Below are positions 63,060 to 64,000 of a DNA stretch of 64,000 nt, piece after piece (within the stretch, counting starts at the first letter, position 1; each line of letters opens with the position of its first letter). This DNA is from Octopus sinensis (lineage: Eukaryota). The position numbers and the translations under genes were made by a program. The notes beneath the pieces were generated by a model, which saw only the letters and a program-made list of their open reading frames with translations, did not search any database and was not told the origin of the DNA. Location: positions 22,196,001-22,260,000 of the forward strand of contig NC_043007.1 of the NCBI RefSeq assembly GCF_006345805.1. The letters are read 5' to 3'.

Positions 63060-64000
63060 TCTTAACTCCTTTTCAAAGTCACACACAGTCTGAACGTGAG
63101 CTCTTATCCATATATACAGGAATTAGTCGTTGGATGGCTGCGAGTGTTTTACCAACTGTCCCTATGTGGCACCTTAAGTAAGTGACTTCCACGGCAGTCC
63201 CTGGGGTGGACTAATATGTTGCGAGTGAGTTTGATTGACGGAAAGTGTGTGTACATGCGTGCGTGTGATTGTATTGGTTTCTTAATGTTCCTGTAACTTA
63301 GAGGTTCACCAAAAGACTCCAGGCTTTAAAAAAATTACTGGAGCAGATTTGTTCGACCACGACCCTTCAAGCAAGTACTCCAGCATGGCCTTAGTCTAAT
63401 GACTAAAATAAGTAAAAAAAATTTCATTTCTTTCATAATTCACTTTTTTTTTTTGCACTCTAAAATATGATTTAACTACAGTTGAATAGCAAAGGTAAAC
63501 TGGACAGGCTTCCTTCTCTCCCTACCTGCTAATTACTAATTAAAGCTTATTGTAAAATTTCATCTTTTATCTTTTATCTTACTTGTTTCTGTTCTTAGAC
63601 TGCGGCCATGCTTTGGCACAGCCTTGAAGAATTTTTAGACCACGGCCATGCTAGAGCAACACCTTGAAGCTTTTTAGTCGAACAAATCGTCTCCAGTATT
63701 TTCCCATTGTTCCTCATTTGCTGAACTGCTAAGTTACAGAGACGTAAACACGCCAACACCCATTGTCAAATGGCGGTGGGAGACAAACAGACACAAAGTT
63801 AAAAACATAGATTTATACATACACACATACATACATACTTACACACATACATACATACATACATACATACATGTCATCATCATCATCATCGTTTAATGTC
63901 TGCCTTTTATGATGGCATGGATGGGATGATTTGACAGGAGTCAACCAAGCAGAAGCTTGCACTAGACAGCAAGCTGGCAGAAACGTTAGCACGCCGGGCG

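Overview
AT-rich, repeat-dominated animal genomic DNA. The SINE, MITE and microsatellite content resembles Octopus or another coleoid cephalopod (inference from recall, not searched). Host genes: (i) a complete 3-coding-exon, 152-aa claudin/PMP22-like four-TM gene on + (25179-31998); (ii) the first coding exon of an ASPG-type L-asparaginase on + (60605-60719); (iii) a candidate first exon of an unidentified gene on - (6892-6830). The rest is nested mobile DNA: R4/Dong-type LINE relics in (TAA)n tracts, RTE and L1/Tx1-like relics, three mariner relics and one Tc1-like relic, a Buster-type hAT with its TSD, Merlin-like MITEs, solo LTRs, several modular tRNA-SINE families, 184-bp SINE-derived arrays and a ~4.9-kb 119-bp satellite. 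Two signals are absent from the ORF track. First, a cluster of minimal type I hammerhead ribozyme motifs (two with intact cores and unusually long stem II, one decayed) lies in a Penelope-like relic at 37.3-38.8 kb. Second, a SINE copy at 55.8 kb carries ten clustered A-to-G changes, suggesting an ADAR-hyperedited RNA written back into the genome. All alignments were done by eye, and repeat boundaries without a TSD are approximate.
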